DNA of 64,000 bases. Source: an uncultured Planctomycetales bacterium (GTDB taxonomy: Bacteria; Omnitrophota; Gorgyraeia; Zapsychrales; JAHFFX01). The stretch covers positions 13,750 to 77,749 of the forward strand of contig CAZTCI010000006.1 in NCBI GenBank assembly GCA_964612665.1, written 5' to 3'. Numbering within the stretch: the stretch's first letter is position 1; every line of letters begins with the position of its first letter. The notes under the pieces were generated by a model that made no database searches, was not told the DNA's origin, and saw only the letters and a list, made by a program, of their open reading frames with translations. Below, piece after piece: positions 1-9,394 of this stretch. The position numbers and the translations under genes are program-made.

Positions 1-15
1 CATAGCGAACCCTAC

Positions 16-2652
16 ATGGCCATGCGGCCGAAATTATTAGACTTGGTTTGGGAACTGGGACAAAATTGTTATTCTGGGACCGCGTGTTCGGAGGCGGAGA
101 AAGAATCGAATGTCGCCGAGCTTTTGCGGAAAATCCGCGACAATTCCGTTGTGCTTCCTTATATGCAGGAACGCGTTGACCGTGTAGTGAGTACATTGGC
201 CGACGCCATTGCCCATGATTTAATGAAAGGAACGGTCCGACAGGATCAACTTTTTACATTGAAACGCGGCATGGATCGGCAGCTGGAGACCATGATCCGC
301 GCTGATATGAAAAAAATAGTTGATACCATGCAAAAGAATTTTGAAACGTTTTTAAAAGAAATCAAAAAGGATACAGAAATCACGCCGGCCTCTGAAGTTC
401 CGCGGAATGTTGTTTCCGTCGGATTTATTAGATCGATTTTCAATAAGATGGTTGAACTTTTTTCGAGTCCTAAGAAAGCTAAAGAATCGCCACCGGCAGA
501 GGTTTATGATCTTTATTTAGTAGGCTACGAAAATTCGGGATGGCTGAATGAAAACCTTAAAAGTTTAATTCAGGCCGTTATGCCACAGATGAAGATTTGG
601 GCTGGTTCGTCGAACAAAGTTATGGCCAATCCCAAAACGCTGGGCATAGGACGGCGCACGAAGGTTATGATTACTACTAAATCCGGGGCGACCTTTCCCA
701 GCTTGGGAATAGTCGATGCCCTGCGAAAACTGACTAATGAAGGTGTTTTTGTAACGACCTCACGGGTTGACTCGCTGGCCAGCGCGGCGATCGGACAGGA
801 ATTTTATCCAGATTCGCCATTTCTCCGGCGGACGTTTGTGACGGGAAATTATTATCCGGCGGAATCGGCGACTATTTCAGAATCTATATTGCTCGCAACT
901 CAAATTAATATGGTTTTGCATTGGGCGAAGCGGATGCGTCAAATTTTTCCGGATGAAAATCCCTGGGGATTCCGATTATCTATGGATGACATCAATCAAC
1001 TTGAACAGTGGCGCGATCAAATGGTCAAAGACAGCGAACGTATAAATGGTTTTGATGTCGATGGAAAATCTGTGCCTCATGAAAAAAATAAGACGAATGA
1101 AGCGCTCGCTAAAAGGGGTAAATATATGGGCTGGCAGATGACCGAAACGCCGGTTGTGAGTTTATTAATGCGCGCTTATGTGTGGTTCGCCTTTGTTTTT
1201 CATGGTCCGCTTCAGTTGGCGTTGGGTTTTCTCGGCGCAGATCTTAACACTATGCCAACTTGGACGGAAGTTTTAGTTCATTCAATTGATGCTTTTATAT
1301 CTTGGGGCATGACGTTTTTTATAACGACAGGAATTTATCGTTCCTTCACCAAACGTCCACGCTGGGCGAGAATGGGGCGCCCTACGATGGTTATCGGCGA
1401 TTTGCCGGTTTTACATCAGACGAGTGAACAATTCGTGACTAAATCAACGTCGTATGCTTTAGGTAATATGACTCCAGAAGTTCATGGCGCGAACGCCGAG
1501 GATCATTTTGCGGCACGTCTGGCGCATCGGGTGACACGCGGTGTGTTTGCTTTTTTTGGTTTGCCTCTTAATAAAGATGCAAAAACGCGTGTCATGGTGA
1601 CCGCGCGGCAGACCAAGGGAATTCGAAACGGCATTTGGGGAAAGTGGATGCAAGGGGGCGCCGAAATCACGACGATCGGCTTAGAACCGTTTCAAGATCC
1701 GGATATTACCGATCATCATATTACAATTGGAGATCAGGACGCGGTTGCCTCAGTTAAAAAAAGCAGTCCCCTTGCTCAGGATTTTTATCATTATTCTTTT
1801 GAGGTGTTTCAGCGGATGCTGGCTTATAAAATTCTTTTTCATGAAATGGCCAGGGGCGCCATGACATTAGAATTTCCCGAGAAAAAGTTCGTCTTTGATT
1901 TTCTGGGAATACACCTTGAATTAACTATAAAACGGAAAGTATTTTGTCGTCTGGGAAATATTGCTTTTACTTTTCCCAGTATTTCGGTTCATACAACCCG
2001 ATCGCCGCAAAAAAATACCGAGGTTATTTATGAAGAACCCGTCAAACTTAACCTCTTTGATACATCCGACAAATCTCCGCAAGGCGGGAGCAGTGGCAAT
2101 GGTGGGGCTGGCGGTGCGCAGGAAGAACATCCTGTCGATATTAGTGTGGAACATCAAGAGGGAGTACGTGTTGATGGTCACAATAGAATCACCCAGCACG
2201 AATCACCGACGGAAGTGATCGTCCATAAAGATTCGGCAATGCTGGCAGAAGAACCGTCGGTTTTAGAGAAATCAACGGCAAACTCAAATTCCACTGAATA
2301 CGGCGGCATTGATATGGACGGCAACAAGATTGATTTGCGTCAGAACGGCAAACCGGTCATTTGGGTTGACCGCAAGCAGCTAGAGACGATTCCATTTCAG
2401 GGTGTGACGCCGGAAATTTTTCAAATGGTTCCGGTGCCGGTCAACCAATTGTATCTTTTGTTAGGCAACGAGGCGCCGCAACATGAAAAAACATTGGCTG
2501 ACAAACCTTTGGCGTTTTTGCGCAGGCAGGATCGCCTTTATGCCTCCCGACGGCGTTGGGATGATAATTGCGTACGGCCAAGTTTGATGGCGCGTGAATT
2601 CAATAAAGAACAACAATCTGATAATGATATTGAAGCAATCGCTCGCGTTTGA
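16..2652 (+). CDS. large hypothetical protein (878 aa) with internal hydrophobic helices and a Gly/Ser-rich low-complexity stretch; frame is open back to window position 1, so the N-terminus may lie upstream
   Basis: Long uninterrupted ORF; no family motif I can recognise; TM-like segments around aa 370-440; GGSSGNGGAGGA low-complexity linker. Confidence 0.45.
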   Translation: MAMRPKLLDLVWELGQNCYSGTACSEAEKESNVAELLRKIRDNSVVLPYMQERVDRVVSTLADAIAHDLMKGTVRQDQLFTLKRGMDRQLETMIRADMKKIVDTMQKNFETFLKEIKKDTEITPASEVPRNVVSVGFIRSIFNKMVELFSSPKKAKESPPAEVYDLYLVGYENSGWLNENLKSLIQAVMPQMKIWAGSSNKVMANPKTLGIGRRTKVMITTKSGATFPSLGIVDALRKLTNEGVFVTTSRVDSLASAAIGQEFYPDSPFLRRTFVTGNYYPAESATISESILLATQINMVLHWAKRMRQIFPDENPWGFRLSMDDINQLEQWRDQMVKDSERINGFDVDGKSVPHEKNKTNEALAKRGKYMGWQMTETPVVSLLMRAYVWFAFVFHGPLQLALGFLGADLNTMPTWTEVLVHSIDAFISWGMTFFITTGIYRSFTKRPRWARMGRPTMVIGDLPVLHQTSEQFVTKSTSYALGNMTPEVHGANAEDHFAARLAHRVTRGVFAFFGLPLNKDAKTRVMVTARQTKGIRNGIWGKWMQGGAEITTIGLEPFQDPDITDHHITIGDQDAVASVKKSSPLAQDFYHYSFEVFQRMLAYKILFHEMARGAMTLEFPEKKFVFDFLGIHLELTIKRKVFCRLGNIAFTFPSISVHTTRSPQKNTEVIYEEPVKLNLFDTSDKSPQGGSSGNGGAGGAQEEHPVDISVEHQEGVRVDGHNRITQHESPTEVIVHKDSAMLAEEPSVLEKSTANSNSTEYGGIDMDGNKIDLRQNGKPVIWVDRKQLETIPFQGVTPEIFQMVPVPVNQLYLLLGNEAPQHEKTLADKPLAFLRRQDRLYASRRRWDDNCVRPSLMAREFNKEQQSDNDIEAIARV

Positions 2653-2680
2653 TTGCTCCTAATGAAAGGAGAATGCAACC

Positions 2681-2977
2681 ATGATGAAACTTAAAAGAAT
2701 TAATCCCGTCTCATTAGCTAAGATGCTCAGTATCATGCATGCCTGCATTGGTTTGTTGATGGCCGTTATTCTCACCGGGTCAGCTTTTGTTCAGGCAGCA
2801 ACAGATACAGACAGCAACTCGACCTTTTCTCTAGGGTGGAGCCTTTTGGCGCTTTTACTTTTGCCGCCTTTAAACGCCGGGCTGGGCTTTTTGACCGGGC
2901 TTTTTATTTCCTGGTTTTATAACCTCACTGTGCGTTACGGTGGCGGAATTCAAGTCGAAATGGAAGAAGCGGTTTAA
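2681..2977 (+). CDS. small integral membrane protein (2-3 TM helices)
   Basis: ORF with RBS-like AGGAG 8 nt upstream; hydrophobic segments; directly downstream of the 878-aa gene. Confidence 0.35.
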   Translation: MMKLKRINPVSLAKMLSIMHACIGLLMAVILTGSAFVQAATDTDSNSTFSLGWSLLALLLLPPLNAGLGFLTGLFISWFYNLTVRYGGGIQVEMEEAV

Positions 2978-3246
2978 AGTTGTTGTTACCTTAATCCCTT
3001 CCTAACTTTTCCCCGACGAGCTTTTTTGCAAAAATAACAGTGACTACAATCAAGTAGCCCATAAAAAGCTATTCTCCTTAAAATTAATTCATAGTATACT
3101 ATTGCCCACTACTGTCCATCCCAGGGCAGTTCCATTCTACGTATTGATTTTATTCGCTCATGCCGTGTGTCAGTGCTTCTTTTGAAGTCAGATTTGTTTT
3201 TCAATTTAAAGAAGTTAACAACCTGAAAGAGAGAAGAGAAACGGCT

Positions 3247-3972
3247 ATGTCCTATCAAATCCTTATCGTTGATGATGACCAAGAATTCCGTGAAGAACTC
3301 GCTGAAGCCTTAAGCCATTACAAAATTATTCAGGCTTCCCATGGCGAAGAAGCTTTAAGGCTCATCAAAAAGCCTCACACAATCGATTTAGTCATCTTAG
3401 ATGTATTTCTTTCCTCTACAAACGGTATTACCATTTTAAATGAAATCAAGAAGATTGCTCCTCAGATCGGCACCATTATTTTAACGGGGCAAAGTTCCAA
3501 GGAAGTTGCGATTGAGGCCCTGCGCGGCCGCGCCGATGATTATATTGAAAAACCATTTGAGATGAATCGGCTCGAAGAATCTATTCAGAAAGTTTTGAAC
3601 ACCGAAGAAGTCAAAGCTATCACGGGAAATGGCCAAGTCGGAAAAATTGAGAAGGCCAAGCGTTTCGTGGAGAGAAATTATGACAAAAAAGTTAATTTAA
3701 CCGATGTGGCCTCGGAACTTTGTTTAAGCCCAAAATATTTGAGCCGGATTTTTAAAGAATCGACGGGTTTAAGTTTTAGTGACTATAAATTAAGAATTAA
3801 AACTCAAAAAGCAGCCGAATGTTTAAAGCAGACAAATTATACGGTCTGTGAGATCGCCGATAAATTCGGCTATAAGAATTTAGAATCATTTATCCGGCTT
3901 TTTAAGAAAAACATGGGCCTTACGCCAACCGTTTACCGCCAGTTGCAAAAAGTAAAAAATCAAAAAACATGA
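3247..3972 (+). CDS. response regulator, receiver domain + AraC/XylS-type HTH output domain
   Basis: N-terminal ILIVDDD...LIKKPHTIDLVILD receiver signature; C-terminal AraC-type HTH (LTDVASELCLSPKYLSRIFKESTGLSFSDY...). Start taken at the internal Met (MSYQILIVDDD), which is preceded by a purine-rich RBS. Confidence 0.8.
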   Translation: MSYQILIVDDDQEFREELAEALSHYKIIQASHGEEALRLIKKPHTIDLVILDVFLSSTNGITILNEIKKIAPQIGTIILTGQSSKEVAIEALRGRADDYIEKPFEMNRLEESIQKVLNTEEVKAITGNGQVGKIEKAKRFVERNYDKKVNLTDVASELCLSPKYLSRIFKESTGLSFSDYKLRIKTQKAAECLKQTNYTVCEIADKFGYKNLESFIRLFKKNMGLTPTVYRQLQKVKNQKT

Positions 3973-6836
3973 AAAATCCCCCATCAACTTCCACAATCTC
4001 TCCAAAACTTTCTTTTCTAAAATTCCCGTCCTCCATTCCTTTAATTATGTTTATGACATTTATTTATTTCGTGGCAGCCCGGTTAAGTTTGCTTCTGGCT
4101 TTTGAAAATACCAATGCCTCACCCGTGTGGCCTCCTTCGGGTATTGCCTTGGCGATGATTTGGATTTTTGGTTATAGGATTTGGCCTGGGATTTTTTTGG
4201 GCGCCTTTTTAGCTAATATGACGGCCTTTTGGGCGCATCATTTCGCTAGTCCCCTTGAGATCATCGTCGTCTCGTCCCTTATCGGTATTGGTAATACGAT
4301 GGAAGCTGTTTTGGGCCGATTTTTGTTAAAAAGATTTATCAGAGATGACAATCCTCTTTATAAAGTTGAAGATGTTTTAAAGTTTTTTCTTGCAGCGGTT
4401 GTGATCTGTTTTGTAAACGCTTTTATTGGGCCCACGGTACTCTGTTTGTCCGGCCGTGTTCCTTGGCAAAATTATCAAACAGTCTGGTTTACGTGGTGGT
4501 TGGGTGATCTTGCAGGTATTCTGACGGTCAGCCCGCTTTTTTTTGTTTTTCAACGTTTTTACAGAAGCGAATGGAAAATACATTATTTGGCCGAAGCCTT
4601 TTTTGTTTTTGCTGTTATGGTGACTGTTAATGTCGGGATTTTTGGCGGAAATTTTTTTAATAATAAATTTAGTTTTCTTTGTGCGTATTTACTTTTGCCG
4701 GTTGTGGTGTGGTCAGCGTATCGTTTTGGTTTGCCGGGAGCCGCTGTTGCTGTTCTTATGACATTGGGAATCGCGATTGCCGGCACGATTAATGGATTAG
4801 GGCCGTTTGCTAATGAGAATCTTAATATTGCGCTTTTATGTTTGTTGGCTTTTATTGGAACGATTTCGATGGCAGGTTTAATTTTGGCGGCTGCTCTTAA
4901 AGAACGTCAACGCATTGAAGAAAAATTACGGCAAAACGAGCGGCGCTTTCGCAGTTTAGTTGAAAATAGTTCCGACATGGTCGCTTTGATCGACCCAGAA
5001 TCAACCATTATCTATGCCAGCAGCTCGACGACAAGAATCTTAGGCTATGAAATCAATGAATACATAGGACGTAAGGCCCTTGATTTTGTTCATCCTGAAG
5101 ATCGAGCAAACATCGCTCAAACAATCGGCCGAATAGCTAGCCAACCGCAGATCGTTCTTTATGCCGCCTGCCGGTATCTTCATAAAGACGGATCGTGGCG
5201 CTGGCTAGAGGGAACGGGTACAAATTTACTTCATGATCCAGCCATTCAGGCAATTGTAGCTAATTATCGGGACATTACCGAAAAAAAGAAAGCAGAAGAA
5301 GATCAATTATATTTCGCCGCTATCGTTGAAAATTCTGAAGACGCTATCTATGGTAAATCTTTAGACGGAGTTATAACGAGCTGGAACAAAGGCGCAGAAA
5401 AAATTTATGGTTATACGTATAGTGAAATTATCGGCAAGTCCGTTGACCTTCTAGTGCCGGCGAATTTGAGAAGTGAATCAAACGAAATTTTATCTCAACT
5501 GAAGCGGGATAAACCCATTCGTCCTCTTGAAACGATGCGCCGCCGAAAAGATGGGCAGTTGATTCATGTCTCCATGCGGATTTCAGCAATCAAAGATCAC
5601 GATGGCAAATTGATTGGCGCTTCAACGATCGCCCGGGACATTACCGAACGCAAGCAAGTCGAACTCGCGCTTAAAGAAAGTGAATCACGTTTCCGCAATA
5701 TGGCGGATACGGCGCCGGTGATGATTTGGATGGCCGGGCCGGATGCGGTCGGTAATTTTTTTAATAAAGCCTGGCTGGATTTTACCGGACAAACAATGGA
5801 ACATGAAATAAGTAAAGGCTGGATTCAATCTGTCCATCCCGATGATAAAGGAAGATGCTTTGATATTTATGTCAATGCTTTGAAAAACCGCGAAAAATTT
5901 ACGCTGGATTACCGTTTGCGCCGGCGGGACGGTCAATATCGGTGGGTCTTAAATATCGGTGTTCCTCGGTTTACTGGAACAAACCAGTTTGACGGCTATA
6001 TCGGTTCTTGTATTGATATTACCGAACGTAAAATGGCTGAGGAAATATTACGGCGCGATGCGAAAGTCCTAAGCGAATTAGTTGAAAAGCGTTCTAGCGA
6101 ATTAATGAAAACTCAGGCGGAACTGAAACACGCCAGCCGTCTTGCTGACATCGGGACTTTGGCGGCCACGGTCGCCCACGAATTAAGAAATCCTTTGGGT
6201 GTTATTCAAATGGCGGCGTTTAACCTTAAAAGAAAGCATCAAGATCTGGCGGAAAACAAGCACTTGGCCAATATCGAAAAGAAAATATGGGAAGGCAATC
6301 AGATCATTAATAACCTTTTAAGTTATTCACGGATTCAGATTCCCCGCTATGAATCGGTCGCTATTTCCAAAATATTAGATGAATGTCTGCAGGCGACTCA
6401 GAACCGTTTTCATGAAGACCATATTATTTTTGAGAGTAAATATGATAGTGAGCATCTCCCGGCCGCGATGGAAGCCGATCCACTACAAATTAAGGAAGTA
6501 TTAAATAATGTTTTAATGAACGCTTGTCAGGCCTTCCCAAGCCGCGAAGGAATTGTTGAGCTTATAGCTGAATCACAGGACGAGGAATTTGTGAAGATCG
6601 TGGTTAAAGACAATGGTATAGGTATCGATAAGGAAGATTTGCAAAAAATTTTTACACCTTTTTTTACCAAAAAGTCCAAAGGCACGGGGCTTGGGTTGAC
6701 TATTTGCAATGAATTGGTTAGTTTGCATAACGGTAAGATGGAAATTACAAGTGAAAAAGGGAGAGGAACTTCTATCGTAATTATACTCCCTGTTAAACGA
6801 GAAAATTCCTATGAAAAAAAAGATTCTTATAATTGA
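3969..6836 (+). CDS. sensor histidine kinase: polytopic membrane N-terminal sensor domain, three PAS domains, HisKA (HELRNPL) and HATPase_c (DNGIGI...GTGLGL)
   Basis: ATGA start/stop overlap with the upstream regulator; H-box VAHELRNPL; N/G1/G2 boxes; repeated PAS cores (RFRSLVENSSDMVALID, IVENSEDAIYGKSLDG, RFRNMADTAPVMIWMAG). Confidence 0.85.
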   Translation: MKNPPSTSTISPKLSFLKFPSSIPLIMFMTFIYFVAARLSLLLAFENTNASPVWPPSGIALAMIWIFGYRIWPGIFLGAFLANMTAFWAHHFASPLEIIVVSSLIGIGNTMEAVLGRFLLKRFIRDDNPLYKVEDVLKFFLAAVVICFVNAFIGPTVLCLSGRVPWQNYQTVWFTWWLGDLAGILTVSPLFFVFQRFYRSEWKIHYLAEAFFVFAVMVTVNVGIFGGNFFNNKFSFLCAYLLLPVVVWSAYRFGLPGAAVAVLMTLGIAIAGTINGLGPFANENLNIALLCLLAFIGTISMAGLILAAALKERQRIEEKLRQNERRFRSLVENSSDMVALIDPESTIIYASSSTTRILGYEINEYIGRKALDFVHPEDRANIAQTIGRIASQPQIVLYAACRYLHKDGSWRWLEGTGTNLLHDPAIQAIVANYRDITEKKKAEEDQLYFAAIVENSEDAIYGKSLDGVITSWNKGAEKIYGYTYSEIIGKSVDLLVPANLRSESNEILSQLKRDKPIRPLETMRRRKDGQLIHVSMRISAIKDHDGKLIGASTIARDITERKQVELALKESESRFRNMADTAPVMIWMAGPDAVGNFFNKAWLDFTGQTMEHEISKGWIQSVHPDDKGRCFDIYVNALKNREKFTLDYRLRRRDGQYRWVLNIGVPRFTGTNQFDGYIGSCIDITERKMAEEILRRDAKVLSELVEKRSSELMKTQAELKHASRLADIGTLAATVAHELRNPLGVIQMAAFNLKRKHQDLAENKHLANIEKKIWEGNQIINNLLSYSRIQIPRYESVAISKILDECLQATQNRFHEDHIIFESKYDSEHLPAAMEADPLQIKEVLNNVLMNACQAFPSREGIVELIAESQDEEFVKIVVKDNGIGIDKEDLQKIFTPFFTKKSKGTGLGLTICNELVSLHNGKMEITSEKGRGTSIVIILPVKRENSYEKKDSYN

Positions 6837-7230
6837 TGATGATGAAGAGTTGTGCGAGGAGCTGGCCGAAGTACTGCAAGATCAGGGATTCCATGTTGAT
6901 GTGGCTAACAACGTTGCCTGCGCCCGTGAACTTTTGGTCGACAGCGGTTATGAAGTTATTATCCTTGATTTAAAGTTGCCTGAAGTGAGCGGCGTTGAAA
7001 TTTTAAAAGAGATTAAAAAATTAAGACCCAGCCAAAAAGTATTAATTTTATCGGGAAAACCTTTAAGCGCCAATATGAGCGATGCCGATGAACCGAATTT
7101 TCAAGAAGACGTTGTTTTATTGACAATGGCCGATGTTGTTTTAAATAAACCGGTACAGGGAGAAGAATTGTTATCAAAAATTATTCAACTTGCCAGCCGG
7201 CCGCGTTCCTTGCGTACCTCAAAAAAGTAG
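6811..7230 (+). CDS. single-domain response regulator (CheY-like receiver only)
   Basis: KKILIIDDDEELCEELAEVL...VIILDLKLPEVSG receiver signature; overlaps the 3' end of the kinase gene. Confidence 0.75.
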   Translation: MKKKILIIDDDEELCEELAEVLQDQGFHVDVANNVACARELLVDSGYEVIILDLKLPEVSGVEILKEIKKLRPSQKVLILSGKPLSANMSDADEPNFQEDVVLLTMADVVLNKPVQGEELLSKIIQLASRPRSLRTSKK

Positions 7231-7561
7231 AAAAAAGTCAGTAAAAAGCGGAACGGGTCTATTGCCGCAGAAGGGTTTTTGTTTTATAGTGCAATTCTTC
7301 TTTGAACATCCAAACTAAGGAGGATCGGCCATGGTTATTCAAACGCTTTTCAAAGAATCTAAAAGAAAAAGGACAATAGTGAATCGATATAACAAAAATT
7401 TTTTCCCGTTGACCCCTTATCCATTTCGATTAAAAATATATTTACCTCCCAAAACCGTCACGGAACCGCAGGACTGTACAGTCTCCATGACCAACCATAG
7501 ATAAAGTCTTTTTAAAAACTGATAAATATTTTAAATAATTTTAAATGGTGAGGAAAATTCT

Positions 7562-7978
7562 ATGAAAAATACTGACAAAACTAAAATTATGATTGTTGAT
7601 GATGATAAGGAATTTCTTGAAGAAGTTGAAGAATTGCTGACCTTAAGCGATTATGAAGTCACCGTCATTTCCGACAGTATGAAGGCTTTGGACATGATTC
7701 CGAAGCTAAAACCGGCGGTCGTTCTTTTAGATCTTAAGATGGCGCCGAAAAGCGGTTTTCAATTGGCCGATGAATTAAAAAATTCATTGGGCTTAAAAGA
7801 AACCATTATTATCGCTATGACTGGGTTTTTTACTGAGAAAGAACACGCTGTTTTAATGAAAATGTGCGGCATTCAGACCTGTATTCTTAAACCAATTAAA
7901 CCTTTGGATTTAATTGCCCGCATTGAATTTGAAATGGCTGGTAACCACGAGACGGTTGAAGTGGCGGCAGAAAATTAG
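7562..7978 (+). CDS. single-domain response regulator (receiver only)
   Basis: KIMIVDDDKEFLEE...VVLLDLKMAPKSG receiver signature; GGAAAATTC-ATG RBS region. Confidence 0.75.
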   Translation: MKNTDKTKIMIVDDDKEFLEEVEELLTLSDYEVTVISDSMKALDMIPKLKPAVVLLDLKMAPKSGFQLADELKNSLGLKETIIIAMTGFFTEKEHAVLMKMCGIQTCILKPIKPLDLIARIEFEMAGNHETVEVAAEN

Positions 7979-8039
7979 AGACCATCTGTGCGCGTTTACC
8001 AGCGTACGGTTTAAACGTTTATAAAAAGTTAATAAAAAA

Positions 8040-8070
8040 GGGAACCAATAAATTAATTGGTTCCCTTTTT
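8040..8070 (+). terminator. rho-independent terminator (GGGAACCAAT..ATTGGTTCCC + T5)
   Basis: Perfect 10-bp inverted repeat followed by TTTTT directly after the receiver gene. Confidence 0.6.
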
Positions 8071-8114
8071 ATGTTATACTCAATTCACAAGTGATTAATT
8101 AGATAGGAGAGTCC

Positions 8115-8501
8115 ATGGGAAATTTTAAATGGGTACTTTTTAGCGTTTTGCTGATAATTCTGTTTATATCAGTGAAGAGCACTAAGGCTGCCGATGATTT
8201 AACAACGCTCGCCAGCCCGGAAGCTAAAAAAGTTCTTAATCAATATATGAGTACTTATACAGGCAGTACTTTGCCCTCCGGTAAGGACAGTGAGGGTTTA
8301 AACATGGCCAACATGATGGGCTGGATTATTTTTGGCAGCGTTGGTTTTGTCGCTTTTATTTATGGCAAAAAGAATGCCAGTTGGAAACCGCTTGTCATTG
8401 GAATTATTTTGATGGTCTATCCGTACTTCACGCCAGGAACACTTCTTCTTTATGGCGTCGGCATAGTGTTATGTCTTGCCTTATATTTCCCTCGAGAATG
8501 A
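8115..8501 (+). CDS. small membrane protein with N-terminal signal/TM and two C-terminal TM helices
   Basis: ORF with GGAGAG RBS; hydrophobic N-terminus and C-terminus. Confidence 0.4.
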   Translation: MGNFKWVLFSVLLIILFISVKSTKAADDLTTLASPEAKKVLNQYMSTYTGSTLPSGKDSEGLNMANMMGWIIFGSVGFVAFIYGKKNASWKPLVIGIILMVYPYFTPGTLLLYGVGIVLCLALYFPRE

Positions 8502-8529
8502 AATAAATTTTCTAATCCAATCATGATTT

Positions 8530-9276
8530 ATGCCAACCAAGAACCCTGCGTTTTTTTCAATTTTAAATTCCTTTTATAAAGGCTTCTTTATTAAAAAGCC
8601 AGTAGGCAATAACTCCTTTACCTTCGAACAGCGGAAGAATAAGCAAATTTTTGTCGCCAATATTATTGAAGGTGACCTCAGTCAATTAGCGGTTGGATCT
8701 GAAATTGCTTTTAGCGAAATTGTCGAAGGTCAACAGCTGAATGTCTGCGGTTTGAAGAATTTTGTTTATTTTGAGAAAAATGGGAAGAATTTTTTTATTT
8801 TTGATAACCACAACCATGCATTCTTTTTCTGGGCCGCGGCTCTGTATGCAAGGGAGTTAAAATACGGATTGCCGCTGGTTCATGTGGATCAGCATAAAGA
8901 CTGGCGAGAGCCCGATGAGTATTTGCCTTGGAAGAATTTGTCTGAAATAGATTTAACCCAGGCGTTTGATTACACTAATCAAATCTTAAATGTCGGTAAT
9001 TTTATCAAGCCCGCAATGATTTTGAAATTTTTTAGTAAGATTGAAATGATCGACAATCGTGCGGCTTTTGACCGGCGATTTTCTGAAGAGGTTGTTTTAG
9101 ATTTAGATATAGATGTTTTTGCCCCGACGCTGAATTATATTCCCTACGACCTTAAAATGACTGCTATAACTCATTATATTAAACAGGCCAAAATTATTTC
9201 TATTGCCACTAGTCCGTTTTTTATGGAACAAAGGGAAGCAGTTCGTATTGTAAAAGACCTGGTAAACAGAATTTAA
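8530..9276 (+). CDS. hypothetical protein (248 aa), His-rich conserved core (NHNHAFFFW...HVDQHKDW)
   Basis: ORF only; no confident family assignment. Confidence 0.4.
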   Translation: MPTKNPAFFSILNSFYKGFFIKKPVGNNSFTFEQRKNKQIFVANIIEGDLSQLAVGSEIAFSEIVEGQQLNVCGLKNFVYFEKNGKNFFIFDNHNHAFFFWAAALYARELKYGLPLVHVDQHKDWREPDEYLPWKNLSEIDLTQAFDYTNQILNVGNFIKPAMILKFFSKIEMIDNRAAFDRRFSEEVVLDLDIDVFAPTLNYIPYDLKMTAITHYIKQAKIISIATSPFFMEQREAVRIVKDLVNRI

Positions 9277-9394
9277 GGCATCAGTTCTTTTGGGTTGTCA
9301 GCTTTACATCCTAAGGAACTTTTGCTATAGTGTTGCACCGCATTAGAAATTGATCTCCTTCCTAGAGGAGATTTTTTATTTTAGGTGAGATGAC

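Noticed and set aside
8530-9276. Considered naming the 248-aa protein as a UPF0489-family member
   Set aside because: Recollection of the family motifs is too weak to support the name; left as hypothetical.
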